Assembly: GCA_043822705.1 (NCBI GenBank)
Contig: JBDRBK010000115.1
Coordinates: 32,001 to 96,000, forward strand
Origin: Fidelibacterota bacterium
GTDB taxonomy: Bacteria; Fidelibacterota; Marinisomatia; Marinisomatales; TCS56
Length of the DNA: 64,000 nucleotides
Direction of reading: 5' to 3'
A program made the position numbers and the translations under genes. The notes beneath the pieces are model-generated. The model was not told the origin of the DNA and ran no database searches. It saw nothing but the letters and a program-made list of their open reading frames with translations. This document shows positions 1 to 10,561 of the stretch, piece after piece (the stretch's first letter is position 1; each line of letters opens with the position of its first letter).

Positions 1-745
1 GGAAGATCGAGTCGACCGTGCCGGTCAGATCGTAGGGTCCCGCCATCGGCGCCACCGCCGTCAGATTGAATTCGTCGGAAAAATTCTGTTCGATTTCCCG
101 GTGGGTTGCCAGCGTGGCGTAACCGCCTTCGGAATAGCCGGTGAGAAACAGACGGTCGTCGAGATCGATTTCCCGTTCCCGGCAGAAATTGCGGCCGGCG
201 CGGATAAAATCGATCACCGCCGAGGCCAGCGACCGGGCGTGCAAATAGGGATGCAGCAATTCCGACTGGCCGTAGCCGAGGTAGTCAGGCACGGCGGTGC
301 AGTAGCCCCGGGAAGCGGCGATCAGACCGATGAAGCCTTCGCCGGAATTATAGGGATGGACCGATGCCACCGCGTCGCGCTCGGTCACCGTACCGTGCTG
401 GAGGCTCAACAGGGGGTAGGCCGGGCCGCCAACTGGCACGAACAATGCGCCTGAAGCCTTTACATCGGCGCCGGCCGGATCGATCGTTTCATAGATTATC
501 CGGTAGGCGTCTACCGCGAATTGCGGATCACTGCTGTTATCGAAACCGGCAAGAGTGATGATGGTGGCGATCTGTTCGCTGGTATAACTGCCCAACGCCG
601 TCGCGCTGACAATCTCGCCGCGGATGGGCTGGTCTTCCGGGTTGAGGTCGCAGCTGCCGGTCATGACGATCAGCGCAATCAGAATGGCGCAGCGAGGCAA
701 ATTACCCCCGATCGATTTACCGTGATTGAATAGATTGCTTTTCAT
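1..745 (-). CDS. Lipase / alpha-beta hydrolase lipoprotein, truncated by the window edge
   Basis: Manual minus-strand translation from ATG 745: MKSNLFNHGKSIGGNLPRCAILIALIVMTGSC (lipobox-like). Later LFLTGYSEGGYATLA (GxSxG) and AVAPMAGPYDL. Missing from the ORF track because its stop lies outside the window. Confidence 0.8.
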   Translation of the reverse strand, partial: MKSNLFNHGKSIGGNLPRCAILIALIVMTGSCDLNPEDQPIRGEIVSATALGSYTSEQIATIITLAGFDNSSDPQFAVDAYRIIYETIDPAGADVKASGALFVPVGGPAYPLLSLQHGTVTERDAVASVHPYNSGEGFIGLIAASRGYCTAVPDYLGYGQSELLHPYLHARSLASAVIDFIRAGRNFCREREIDLDDRLFLTGYSEGGYATLATHREIEQNFSDEFNLTAVAPMAGPYDLTGTVDSIF

Positions 746-997
746 TGATTTTCCTGACAACCGTCCGCGGGCGTTCATGGTCCTATTTGCTGCGGGAAGT
801 TAACAATTTGACGGACGCCGGCGGATTAATATCTCCGGAAAATATTTACTTGGCCGCAGTTCTGTCCAGTAGAAAATCTGCGGCGATCAATCGTCCGATG
901 GTTGTAATTTCGCCAATGAATAATTACTGGCTGAATATACCTGTTAATCCGATCCACACTGCAATTTTAATAATCACCAATCGGGAGGAACCCAATT

Positions 998-3088
998 GTG
1001 AGACAACTGCAATTATTGGTACTGATCGTCGGGGTGGGACTGATGTCCTGTAGCAAAACCAGCGACAATCCGTTTTTCACGGAATGGGATACGCCCTTCC
1101 AGGCGCCCCCGTTCGATCAGATCAGTGAAGAACATTACTTGCCGGCTCTGCTGGCCGGGATCGAGCGGGAAAAGACCGAAATAGCGGCGATTGTCGACAA
1201 TCCGGCGTCCCCCACCTATGCCAACACGATCGAAGCCTACGAAGCCAGCGGTGAATTTCTGACCCGGGTCGAGGAAGTATTCTTCAGCATTTCCGGTACG
1301 GATGCCACCCCCGGAATCGATGATATCGAGCGCGAGTACACGCCGATACAGTCCCAGCATAGTGATGATATTCTGCTGAACAAGGAACTGTTCCGACGCA
1401 TTAAAACCGTTTATGAGCAGGCCAATCGTACCAGTCTAACGGTCGAGCAAAACACACTCCTGGAGAAGATCTACAAGGACTTTGTCCGCAACGGTGCCGA
1501 TCTTGCCGCCGATCAGCAAACCGAGCTGCGACGGATAAACGAGGAACTGGCCAATCTGAAAATGGAATTCGGTCAGAATATCCGCAAGGAAAATAATACC
1601 TGGGAAATGCTGATCGACAAAGAGGCCGATCTGGTCGGGTTGCCGCTACGGGTCCGGGCCGGCGCCGATCAACTGGCGCGTGAGCGCGGTTACGCCGGAA
1701 AATGGCTGTTCACCCTCGATAAACCCAGCCTGACGCCGTTTCTGCAGTATTCCCAGCGCCGTGATCTGCGCGAACGGATTTTTATGGCTTATATCCATCG
1801 CGGCGATAACAACGATAAACTGGATAATAAAAACAAGATAATCAAAATCGTCAACCTGCGGATCGAACGTTCCCAATTGCTGGGTTATGACACCTATGCC
1901 GATTATTCGCTGGAACGCAGCATGGCCAAAACCAGCGCCAATGTATACGACCTGCTGTACAAGTTATGGGGACCGGCCCAGAACCGCGCCCGGATGGAAG
2001 TGGCGGAGATGCAGGCCATCATCGACCGGGAAGGCGGTGGTTTCAAGCTCCAGCCCTGGGACTGGTGGTACTACGGCGAGAAACTGCGCCAGGAAAAATA
2101 TAACCTGGTTGACGATCAATTGCGGCCATATTTCGAGATCAATAATGTGCTGCAGGGGGCATTTGATGTCGCCTCGCGCCTGTACGGTATCAGTTTTACC
2201 CGGCGGGATGATATCCCGGTGTATAATCCTGATGTAAAGGTTTACGAAGTCAAGGAAGCCGACGGCACCCATATCGGCCTCCTGTATACTGATTACCATC
2301 CGCGGGTCGGCAAGCAGGTGGGGGCCTGGTGCGGCGGTTTCCGCGGACAGTCCAACCGCCACGGCCACTGGGTGACGCCGCTGGTGACTAATGTCTGCAA
2401 TTTTTCCGCGCCGACGGCAGAAATTCCCGCACTGATCAGTTTCAGCGAAGTGGAAACGCTGTTCCACGAATTCGGCCATGCCCTGCACAGCCTGTTGCAG
2501 ACCTGTGTTTATCCCAGCCAGCTGATGCCGCGGGATTTCGTCGAACTGCCTAGCCAGGTGATGGAAAACTGGGCTGCCGAGCCGGAGGTGCTGCGGTTGT
2601 ACGCCCGGCATTTCATTACCGGTCGGCCGATTCCCGAGGATCTGATCGAGAAAATCCGCAATTCGCGTCTGCATAACCAGGGCTTTATCAACACCGAATA
2701 CCTGGCGGCGTCGCTGTTGGATATGGAATGGCATACCCTGAATACACCGGTCGACGGTGATCCTGTGGCGTTTGAGAACGCGGTCTTTAAAAAAATCGGC
2801 TTGATTCCGGAAATTGTATCCCGTTACCGCAGTCCCTATTTCAACCATGTCTTTTCCTGGGGCTACTCCGCCGGGTACTACAGCTATATGTGGGCCCAGG
2901 TGCTGGATGCGGACGCCTTCCAGGCCTTCAAGGACTCGGGCGACCTCTACAACCAGGAGCTGGCGGCCAAATTCAGAAAATACGTGCTTGGTCTGAGCGG
3001 TACCGAAGATGCTATGGATATTTACCGCAAATTCCGCGGCGGCGACCCGGACATCCAACCGCTGCTGGTGAAACGGGGACTGAATTAG
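998..3088 (+). CDS. dcp: M3 family peptidyl-dipeptidase (Dcp-like) lipoprotein
   Basis: HEFGH zinc motif, DFVELPSQVMENW, YSAGYYSYMWA, N-terminal LMSC lipobox. Confidence 0.9.
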   Translation: MRQLQLLVLIVGVGLMSCSKTSDNPFFTEWDTPFQAPPFDQISEEHYLPALLAGIEREKTEIAAIVDNPASPTYANTIEAYEASGEFLTRVEEVFFSISGTDATPGIDDIEREYTPIQSQHSDDILLNKELFRRIKTVYEQANRTSLTVEQNTLLEKIYKDFVRNGADLAADQQTELRRINEELANLKMEFGQNIRKENNTWEMLIDKEADLVGLPLRVRAGADQLARERGYAGKWLFTLDKPSLTPFLQYSQRRDLRERIFMAYIHRGDNNDKLDNKNKIIKIVNLRIERSQLLGYDTYADYSLERSMAKTSANVYDLLYKLWGPAQNRARMEVAEMQAIIDREGGGFKLQPWDWWYYGEKLRQEKYNLVDDQLRPYFEINNVLQGAFDVASRLYGISFTRRDDIPVYNPDVKVYEVKEADGTHIGLLYTDYHPRVGKQVGAWCGGFRGQSNRHGHWVTPLVTNVCNFSAPTAEIPALISFSEVETLFHEFGHALHSLLQTCVYPSQLMPRDFVELPSQVMENWAAEPEVLRLYARHFITGRPIPEDLIEKIRNSRLHNQGFINTEYLAASLLDMEWHTLNTPVDGDPVAFENAVFKKIGLIPEIVSRYRSPYFNHVFSWGYSAGYYSYMWAQVLDADAFQAFKDSGDLYNQELAAKFRKYVLGLSGTEDAMDIYRKFRGGDPDIQPLLVKRGLN

Positions 3089-3114
3089 CTGACTGAACCG
3101 ACGAGTGGAATTTT

Positions 3115-3142
3115 AAAAGGCGGCCCGTGAGCCGCCTTTTTT
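3115..3142. terminator. Bidirectional intrinsic terminator
   Basis: AAAAGGCGGC-ccgtga-GCCGCCTTTTTT between convergent genes. Confidence 0.8.
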
Positions 3143-3170
3143 AATGATATGTTCGTGATTGCTGCCTGTC

Positions 3171-4064
3171 TCAGGCGGCAAGATCGGCCAGGAATTTCCG
3201 CATCTCCACCACCATGTCGCCGCTGTGGGTACGGGTGTTGGTCCCCATATCGATATAGCTGCAGCGGGACAGCAGCGGAATCATTTTGGCGATGTTGCCC
3301 GGATCGTGCAGTTTATCGGATTCGGCGCCGAAAATCAGGACCGGCAGGGTAACCCCCGGCAGGGTATCCCAGATTTCATATTTGATCAGTTCCCGCGCCG
3401 CCTGCTTCAGTTTGTAGGGGTCGGCGTCGTCAAGATTGGCACAGTATTTTTGGTACTGAACCGGGTCGGCCTGGGCATCGACGCGGAAATTCCGCAGATA
3501 CCATTTTAAAAACGGTTTCATGATCAGATAAAGCCGCGGCGGAAAAATCCGGATCAGCAATCCGCCCCACCAGGGCGAATGAAAAACGGCGTTGGGTCCC
3601 ACCAGGATCAGGGCTAAGGGCCGCTGATTCAGATCGCGGCAGCTTTCCAGGATCGCCGTGGCACCCAGCGAACTGCCGAAAAGCAGGTAATTGTCAGCGG
3701 TCAGCCCGAACCGGTCCACCAGACGCACGATGTCGCGGGCGATGGCCGCCACACCGTATTCAACCCGGCCACTGACGACAGAAGTGACTTTTTCCCGTGA
3801 GTCCACATAGTACACTTTATGATCCCGGGTCATTTCCCGCAGGGCATGCACCCAACTGTCCAGGCGCGATATCCAGCCGGGGATGAACAGCACAGGTGGG
3901 TTGGTTGTTTTGACCGGCGGCGTGAACGTGATTACCCGCAGACTGACACGGTCGGATATTGCCAGCATTTCTTCCAGGATGTGACAGCCGGGTGCGCAGT
4001 ATTCGGTCAGGTCGAGTGCCGGTGCAGCGGTCCGCAGATCTGAGGCCGTCAGTGACGAACTCAT
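3171..4064 (-). CDS. Alpha/beta hydrolase
   Basis: PVLFIPGW oxyanion strand, GSSLG nucleophile elbow, C-terminal Asp/His (GAESD..., THSG). Confidence 0.75.
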   Translation of the reverse strand: MSSSLTASDLRTAAPALDLTEYCAPGCHILEEMLAISDRVSLRVITFTPPVKTTNPPVLFIPGWISRLDSWVHALREMTRDHKVYYVDSREKVTSVVSGRVEYGVAAIARDIVRLVDRFGLTADNYLLFGSSLGATAILESCRDLNQRPLALILVGPNAVFHSPWWGGLLIRIFPPRLYLIMKPFLKWYLRNFRVDAQADPVQYQKYCANLDDADPYKLKQAARELIKYEIWDTLPGVTLPVLIFGAESDKLHDPGNIAKMIPLLSRCSYIDMGTNTRTHSGDMVVEMRKFLADLAA

Positions 4065-5005
4065 ATCACTACCCGGATCGCCTGCTTCATAACGGAGTAG
4101 CGGGCCGGCGGATAGCCGGCGATCTCACCGTCGGTCTCGATACAGATATCCTGGTCCGAGTCGATTTCGAACGATTGGCACTGCCAGTGATGGGCGGCCT
4201 TGTTCTTGAGGACCGAGCCCAAGTAGAGCGTGGGAATTACCGCCAACAGCCGCAGCCGCGACAACGGTTCCAGCAGGACCACGTCGACCAGACCGTTATC
4301 CTGAATGCATTCGATGCCGTAATTCATGCCGCCGCCGAAATACGGCGTCTTGAATACGGTGACGTTGCTCATCTGCGAGCCGGACCACTCCTCACCATCG
4401 ATCCTGATCCGGCAGTCATAAGGTGTGAATTCGCGGATCGCGCCCAGTCCGGCCATGATCGCGCCCAGGTCGACGCTCAGGCGCTTGATGATCTGTGACA
4501 GGCCGGTGACGTTATTGTAGCGGTTGTTGGCGGCACTGATCACGCCGATGCTGGAATTGTTAATGAAATAGCGACTGGCAGGCTGGCCGTCACGGTCAAG
4601 GCATTCCACCAGACAGATGTCGATCAGGGAGGTTTCATTGCTGGTAAAGCGATCCAGCAGGCTGCGACCATCGGGGAATTTCCGGGCAAAATCGCAACTG
4701 CTGCCGGCCGGGAAGTACAGTAGCTGCAACTCGGAGGTGATCTGCTGGCCGAATTGCGCCAGTCCCTGGATCGTTTCGTTGATCGTACCGTCGCCGCCGA
4801 ATACGGCGATGCGCTTGTATCCCCGGCGAATCAGGTCGCCGGCGATTTCCGTGGCGTGGGAGGGGTACTCGGTGACTTGGTAGTCGAAAGCGAGGTTGTG
4901 ATCCTCTAACTGGCGCTTGAATTTTACCCAGCGCTTGGCCGCCAGCCATTCCCCCGCCGCCGGATTGCAAATAATAAACGTCTGGTCCATTGCCGTCTGA
5001 TTCAT
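4061..5005 (-). CDS. Diacylglycerol kinase family (YegS/DAGK-like) lipid kinase
   Basis: NPAAG, GGDGTINE, PAGSSCDF, YFGGG and ETDGE motifs. Confidence 0.85.
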   Translation of the reverse strand: MNQTAMDQTFIICNPAAGEWLAAKRWVKFKRQLEDHNLAFDYQVTEYPSHATEIAGDLIRRGYKRIAVFGGDGTINETIQGLAQFGQQITSELQLLYFPAGSSCDFARKFPDGRSLLDRFTSNETSLIDICLVECLDRDGQPASRYFINNSSIGVISAANNRYNNVTGLSQIIKRLSVDLGAIMAGLGAIREFTPYDCRIRIDGEEWSGSQMSNVTVFKTPYFGGGMNYGIECIQDNGLVDVVLLEPLSRLRLLAVIPTLYLGSVLKNKAAHHWQCQSFEIDSDQDICIETDGEIAGYPPARYSVMKQAIRVVI

Positions 5006-5331
5006 ATTTCCCCAACAAGCTGATTGCGCTAAAGTATTAACAATTTCCGTTACCGGGCAAAATAAAGTTTTCGGTCGGGTAACAAGATTTTCTCGAAATG
5101 CTAGGAATGCAATAATTCGGGATTAAACCCGGATCGCATTTTAATAGCAAGAAAATATTAAATTGGCGGACAACTAAATGCCAGAGCAGGTGTCGATCAG
5201 TTATGGTAGCGAATATTGTCTGAGAGGGGTAGAGCCCTGCATTACAGCTATAGAGTATTTCCTTACCTCCCGGGTCGCGCGTATCCGGTTATGATTATAT
5301 TTCAACGAATGCAAATGAAAGGAACCAGTTG

Positions 5332-7197
5332 ATGAAGTACAGAAAACCGATATTTATTGGTTTGACCGTTATATTCGCCTGTTTCACATTGCTGCCGGCG
5401 AGTGATATTCCGCAGCGCAGCGACATGGAGGAACAATATCTCTGGGATCTCACCAGCATCTATCCTTCCATCGCGGAATGGGAAAAGAATTTTCTGGCGG
5501 TGGAGACGGGGATGACCGAATTCGAAAAATACCGGGGAACGCTTGGCAAATCCGGTGTCAATATTCTGAAATGTCTGCAACAGGACACGGAATTATCGAA
5601 AAAACTGGATAATCTGTATGTCTATTCCGGTCTGTTGAAAGATCAGGATACGCGGGTTTCGGAAAACATGGCCCTGGACGATCGCGCCCGCAGTCTGCTG
5701 GTCAAATACGGAGAAGCAACCGCCTATATCGTACCGGAATTGCAGACCATCCCCGAGAAAAAGTTGACTAAATTCATCGTCAAAACACCGGGACTGGAAG
5801 TATATCAGTTTTTCTTCGATAATCTGATTCGCCGGCGCGCTCACACACTTTCCACCGCCGAAGAAGAGCTGCTGGCCAAGGCCGGCGATTTATTCAACGG
5901 CCCCCAGAAAATTCACCAGCAGCTGACCAATGCCGATATGGTTTTTGGAATGGTGAAAGATGATGATGGTAACGAGATTCAGTTGACCCGCGGCCGCTAT
6001 TCAAAATTATTACAGTCACGCAATCCGGAAGTGCGGCGTGGCGCCTTCCTGACCCGGACTGAAGCCTTCGACAAGGTTAAGAATACCAATGCGGCGGTAT
6101 TCGATACCTACCTGAAGAAGGATTTATTCATTACCCGGGCTCGGAAGTACAACAGCACGCTGGAAATGGCTCTGGATGCCGACAACGTTCCGGTGGCAGT
6201 GTTCGACAACCTGCTGAACACGGTCTACGCCAATGTGGAATACCTGCATCGTTATATGGAGCTGCGGCGCAAGGTTATGGGCATGGATGAGATTCACCTG
6301 TACGACACGGCCTTTCCGATTGTCGATGATGTCAGCCTGGAAGTGACTTACGAGCAGGCCGTGGAAATGCTGCTCAAAGCCTTCGAGCCGATGGGCGAAG
6401 AGTACCTTGACATGGTCAAGCAGGGTTTTGCTTCGCGTTGGGTGGATGTTTATGAGAACGAAGGCAAGCGCGGCGGCGCCTACTCTTGGGGTACATTTAC
6501 GTCGCATCCCTACATCCTGATGAATTACAATGACACCCAGGATAACATGTTCACGCTGGCCCACGAGATGGGGCACGCCATGCACAGTTTTTATTCCAAC
6601 CAGAACCAGCCCTACCCGACGGCCGACTACACCCTGTTCGTGGCTGAAGTTGCTTCGACCTTTAACGAAGCGCTGCTGATGGATTACATGATGAAAAATA
6701 CCGACGACCCGAAACTGAAGCTGGCGCTGCTGGATCAGTGGGTGAACAATTACCTGGGCACGGTATTCACGCAGGTAATTTTTTCGGAATTCGAGCGCAA
6801 CGCCCATCAGATGGTGGCGGATGGCGTTCCGGCGACTGTGGAATCACTGAACCAGACCTATTTTGACGTCGAACATAAATGGTACGGTCCGGTGGCAGTA
6901 GTTGATGACGGCTACAAGTACAACTGGGGTCGGATACCGCATTTCTATCGCCGTTTCTATGTGTACAAATATGCCATCAGCTACTGCGCTTCGGCCTCCC
7001 TGGTCAAGGCAGTGCTGGAAGGCCGCGAAGGCGCGATGGAGAATTACATGAACTTCCTCAAATCCGGTGGCAGTGATTATTCAATCGAACTGCTGAAAAA
7101 AGCCGGTGTCGATCTCTCGACGCCCCAGCCGGTGGACGATGCCATGGAGGTATTCGGCAATCTGATCACCCAGATGGAAGAACTGCTGCTGCAGTAG
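5332..7197 (+). CDS. pepF: Oligoendopeptidase F (M3B) with N-terminal signal peptide
   Basis: WDLTSIY, GKRGGAYS, HEMGH, FVAEVAS, PHFY...FYVYKYA; hydrophobic N-terminus. Confidence 0.9.
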   Translation: MKYRKPIFIGLTVIFACFTLLPASDIPQRSDMEEQYLWDLTSIYPSIAEWEKNFLAVETGMTEFEKYRGTLGKSGVNILKCLQQDTELSKKLDNLYVYSGLLKDQDTRVSENMALDDRARSLLVKYGEATAYIVPELQTIPEKKLTKFIVKTPGLEVYQFFFDNLIRRRAHTLSTAEEELLAKAGDLFNGPQKIHQQLTNADMVFGMVKDDDGNEIQLTRGRYSKLLQSRNPEVRRGAFLTRTEAFDKVKNTNAAVFDTYLKKDLFITRARKYNSTLEMALDADNVPVAVFDNLLNTVYANVEYLHRYMELRRKVMGMDEIHLYDTAFPIVDDVSLEVTYEQAVEMLLKAFEPMGEEYLDMVKQGFASRWVDVYENEGKRGGAYSWGTFTSHPYILMNYNDTQDNMFTLAHEMGHAMHSFYSNQNQPYPTADYTLFVAEVASTFNEALLMDYMMKNTDDPKLKLALLDQWVNNYLGTVFTQVIFSEFERNAHQMVADGVPATVESLNQTYFDVEHKWYGPVAVVDDGYKYNWGRIPHFYRRFYVYKYAISYCASASLVKAVLEGREGAMENYMNFLKSGGSDYSIELLKKAGVDLSTPQPVDDAMEVFGNLITQMEELLLQ

Positions 7198-7220
7198 TCC
7201 GGATTAGTTTGCATGTTATG

Positions 7221-7259
7221 AGCGGCCCCGTCTTCAAAGAAGCTGGGGCCGTTTTGTTT
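7221..7259 (+). terminator. Intrinsic terminator after pepF
   Basis: AGCGGCCCC...GGGGCCGTT followed by TTGTTT. Confidence 0.65.
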
Positions 7260-7358
7260 ACCGGCATTTTCAACCGGCGACTATGACCGCTGATTCATGT
7301 AAATTCCTGCTGTAATTTTGTGCTTCGGAAATTGAAACAGTGTTTAAGTCGAGGGGTA

Positions 7359-9404
7359 ATGATGAAACAGACAAATTTCACTGGAATTCACCGGTTTTTA
7401 TTGATTATTCTGACCGGTATCTTGTTTTTTGGCTGCCAACCGGAAAAACCGGTTGGACTGCCCCTTACGGCTGCCGAAACCGTGATCGCCGGACTGGTGA
7501 CCAGTCACGGACCCGAACAGCAGGAGCGGATTGCCACCGGCGTTGAACAACTCCGGCGGCTCTGGCAGTCGAAGGATGGCTCTGACGAACTATTCGGGGA
7601 CTTCTGCCGCGAAAATTTCGTTTCCGATCCGGATGAACTGTTGCAGTCGTTCCAGCGGCTGGAAGCAGCCCTGGAAAGCGTCAACGGCCACCTGACCCAG
7701 TTAAGCCGCGAATTGCAGTGGAACCTGGATGTCGACACCGGACCATTGCAACCGATCGATTATCTGCTGGGCAGTCTCAGTCTGGACAGCCATGTCAATT
7801 CCGATCTGTTCGCTACTAAAATCGCCTTCTGGGTGCTGCTGAATTACCCATTGTACAGCCTCGAGGAATGTCTGGCGCAGGGCGCCGACTGGTCCCGCCA
7901 GAAATGGGCCGAGGTACGGCTGGCCCAGCGCTTCGCGAACCGCGTACCGGCCGCCGTCAGCCAGGGGATTCATGAAGCCTACACCAACGCCGATAATTAT
8001 ATCAACGGTTACAATATTTACATGGGCAACCTGCTGACCGCCAGCGGCGAGCATCTGTTCCCGAAGGACCTGCGTCTGGTTACCCACTGGGGACTGCGCG
8101 ATCAACTCAAGGCCGACTTCGGACAGGCGGACGGTCTGACACGGCAGCGGCTGATTTATGACGTCATGCAAAAAATAATTTATCAGGATATCCCTCAGAT
8201 TGTCATCGACAATCCCACCGTCGACTGGAATGTGGCCGCCAATACCATCAGCGGCGCCGCCACCGATAACAGTCCCGAGCCGGATACGCGCTATTATTAT
8301 CTGCGCAATTATTTCCTGGCCGAAAAGAACGCCGATCCCTACTATTCCCAGTATCCGAATTTTGTCGATCGCAGCTTCAATCTGGATCGGGAGGTGCCGG
8401 AAGCGAAGATTCGGGAAATGTTCAATACACTGTTATCATCAGAAGAACTGGCGGCCACGGCCCGGCTGATCGGGCAGCGGCTGGGGCGTGATTTCGAGCC
8501 ATTCGATATCTGGTACAACGGCTTGCGCAACTCGGACCGGCCCGACCAGGCCGTGCTGGACCGGCTCGTAGCGGAGCGTTACCCCGACGCGGCAGCGTTT
8601 CAGGAGGAATTGCCGGATTTCCTGACTTTCATGGGATTCGACCGGGCGACCGCCTTATTTCTGCAATCCAAGATTGACGTTGATCCTTCCCGAGGGATCG
8701 GGCATGCCGCCGGCGCCGGCCGCCGCAACGACAATGCTCACCTGCGCACCCGTGTTCCGGCCGGCGGTATGGATTACCGCGGCTACAATATAGCCACCCA
8801 TGAACTGGGTCATAATGTGGAGCAGGTCTTCAGCATCAGTCGCATCGATCATACCCTGCTGGAAGGTGTACCGAACACTGCTTTTACCGAAGCTTTCGCC
8901 TACGTTTTCCAGGACCGGGATCTGGCCTATTTGGGTTTCGCCGAAACAAATGAACAACAGCAGTATTACTCCGCTTTGCACGGACTCTGGACGGTTTGTG
9001 AAATCGCCGCCGTCGCCCTGGTCGATATGGACGTCTGGCGCTGGATGTATGCCCATCCCGATTGCACGCCGGCGGAACTGAAAACGGCCGTGATTGAAAT
9101 CGCCCGCGGTATCTGGAATAAATATTATTATCCGATATTGGGACACCGCGACACACCGATTCTGGCGGTTTATTCGCACATGATCGATAACGGCCTGTAC
9201 CTGCCCAACTATCCGCTGGGTCAGATCATCGAATTTCAGATTCAGGAATATATCGCCGGCAAAAACCTGGGTCGTGAGATGGAACGGATGTGCACGATCG
9301 GCAATATTACTCCGGACCAGTGGATGCAGCAGGCAGTCGGTCAGGCGATTTCGGTCGAGCCGCTGTTGGCTAAGACCCGTCAGGCGCTGGCTATCCTGAA
9401 ATAA
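7359..9404 (+). CDS. Uncharacterised lipoprotein, probable gluzincin metallopeptidase
   Basis: FFGC lipobox; HELGH followed by NTAFTEAFA (third-ligand Glu); YLPNYPLG near the C-terminus. Start moved to ATG 7359 after GAGGGG. Confidence 0.6.
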   Translation: MMKQTNFTGIHRFLLIILTGILFFGCQPEKPVGLPLTAAETVIAGLVTSHGPEQQERIATGVEQLRRLWQSKDGSDELFGDFCRENFVSDPDELLQSFQRLEAALESVNGHLTQLSRELQWNLDVDTGPLQPIDYLLGSLSLDSHVNSDLFATKIAFWVLLNYPLYSLEECLAQGADWSRQKWAEVRLAQRFANRVPAAVSQGIHEAYTNADNYINGYNIYMGNLLTASGEHLFPKDLRLVTHWGLRDQLKADFGQADGLTRQRLIYDVMQKIIYQDIPQIVIDNPTVDWNVAANTISGAATDNSPEPDTRYYYLRNYFLAEKNADPYYSQYPNFVDRSFNLDREVPEAKIREMFNTLLSSEELAATARLIGQRLGRDFEPFDIWYNGLRNSDRPDQAVLDRLVAERYPDAAAFQEELPDFLTFMGFDRATALFLQSKIDVDPSRGIGHAAGAGRRNDNAHLRTRVPAGGMDYRGYNIATHELGHNVEQVFSISRIDHTLLEGVPNTAFTEAFAYVFQDRDLAYLGFAETNEQQQYYSALHGLWTVCEIAAVALVDMDVWRWMYAHPDCTPAELKTAVIEIARGIWNKYYYPILGHRDTPILAVYSHMIDNGLYLPNYPLGQIIEFQIQEYIAGKNLGREMERMCTIGNITPDQWMQQAVGQAISVEPLLAKTRQALAILK

Positions 9405-9420
9405 CCGGGGGAGATACAAT

Positions 9421-9449
9421 AAAAAAAAGGCGCCATATAGACGCCTTTT
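9421..9449. terminator. Bidirectional intrinsic terminator
   Basis: AAAAAAAAGGCG-ccatataga-CGCCTTTT between convergent genes. Confidence 0.7.
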
Positions 9450-9471
9450 AAATTTATAGTGGCCTGTTTTA

Positions 9472-10323
9472 TCAGGTCAGATAGGGCCGCAGGGCTTCCC
9501 GGCGTGAGCGATGCTGGAGACGGCGAATGGCCTTCTGTTTGATCTGACGGACCCGTTCGCGGGTCAGACTGAATTCCTCGCCGATTTCATTCAGCGTCAG
9601 CGGCTTGCCGCGGTCGATTCCGAAATACAGTTTTAGAATCTGCTGCTCACGATCGGTCAGCGTCGCCAGGGCGGCGTGGATTTCTTCCTTCAGGGATTCG
9701 AACATGATCGGCTCATCCGGCAGGTAATAGCCGTCATCGGGGATGATATCCTTAAGTGAGCCGTCTTCGCCTTCCCGCAGGGGATTATCCAATGACTGGG
9801 CGCGCCGTGAAATCCGGATGGCGTCGACGATTTCGTGGCCGGTCATTTCCAGGTGACGGCCGATCTCGTCGGCTTTGGGAGACCGTTCCATTTCCGCTTC
9901 CAGTTTTTCGGCGGTACGCGTGATCTTGGTGATCATGCCGACGCGGTTCATCGGTAAACGAACCAGACGCGACTGTTCCGCCAGTGCCTGCAGGATCGAT
10001 TGACGAATCCACCAGACGGCGTAGGAAATGAATTTAAATCCCCGCGTTTCGTCAAATCGGCCGGCGGCCTTGATCAGGCCGATATTGCCTTCGTTGATCA
10101 GATCGGTCAACTGCAATCCCATGCCCTGATATTTCTTGGCCGTTGATACCACAAACCGCAGATTCGCTTCGATCAGTTCTTTCTTGGCCAGTTCATCACC
10201 CTGTTTGATCCTTACGGTCAATTCGACTTCGCGGTCGGGTTTGAGGGGTTCGAACTTGCTGATTTCCTGTAGATAGCGACTGAGTTCCCGGTTGCCGGAA
10301 CCACTTCTTGAATTTGCTGTCAT
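9472..10323 (-). CDS. rpoD: RNA polymerase sigma factor, RpoD/SigA family, short form lacking region 1.1
   Basis: YLQEI, ANLRFVVSTAKKY, DLINEGNIGL, FISYAVWWIRQ, LTRERVRQI; 283 aa. Confidence 0.85.
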   Translation of the reverse strand: MTANSRSGSGNRELSRYLQEISKFEPLKPDREVELTVRIKQGDELAKKELIEANLRFVVSTAKKYQGMGLQLTDLINEGNIGLIKAAGRFDETRGFKFISYAVWWIRQSILQALAEQSRLVRLPMNRVGMITKITRTAEKLEAEMERSPKADEIGRHLEMTGHEIVDAIRISRRAQSLDNPLREGEDGSLKDIIPDDGYYLPDEPIMFESLKEEIHAALATLTDREQQILKLYFGIDRGKPLTLNEIGEEFSLTRERVRQIKQKAIRRLQHRSRREALRPYLT

Positions 10324-10561
10324 TAACTGATCCTTTATTCTCGGTAAAAAGCTTACGAATTTACTGCTGTACTACATTCTTTCCATAATAATTGTTCCAA
10401 TTTCATAATCGGTGCATTGGGGTATTGTAAAAAAATCAAGCCGATCTAAGATATCCAATTACGGATCGATATTGTTGTCATATGATACAGTTTACCGACG
10501 ACAATGTCCAGTATTAATTCAACCGCAACGGGAGCCGATTTGCCGGATGTCAAATCGGCAA

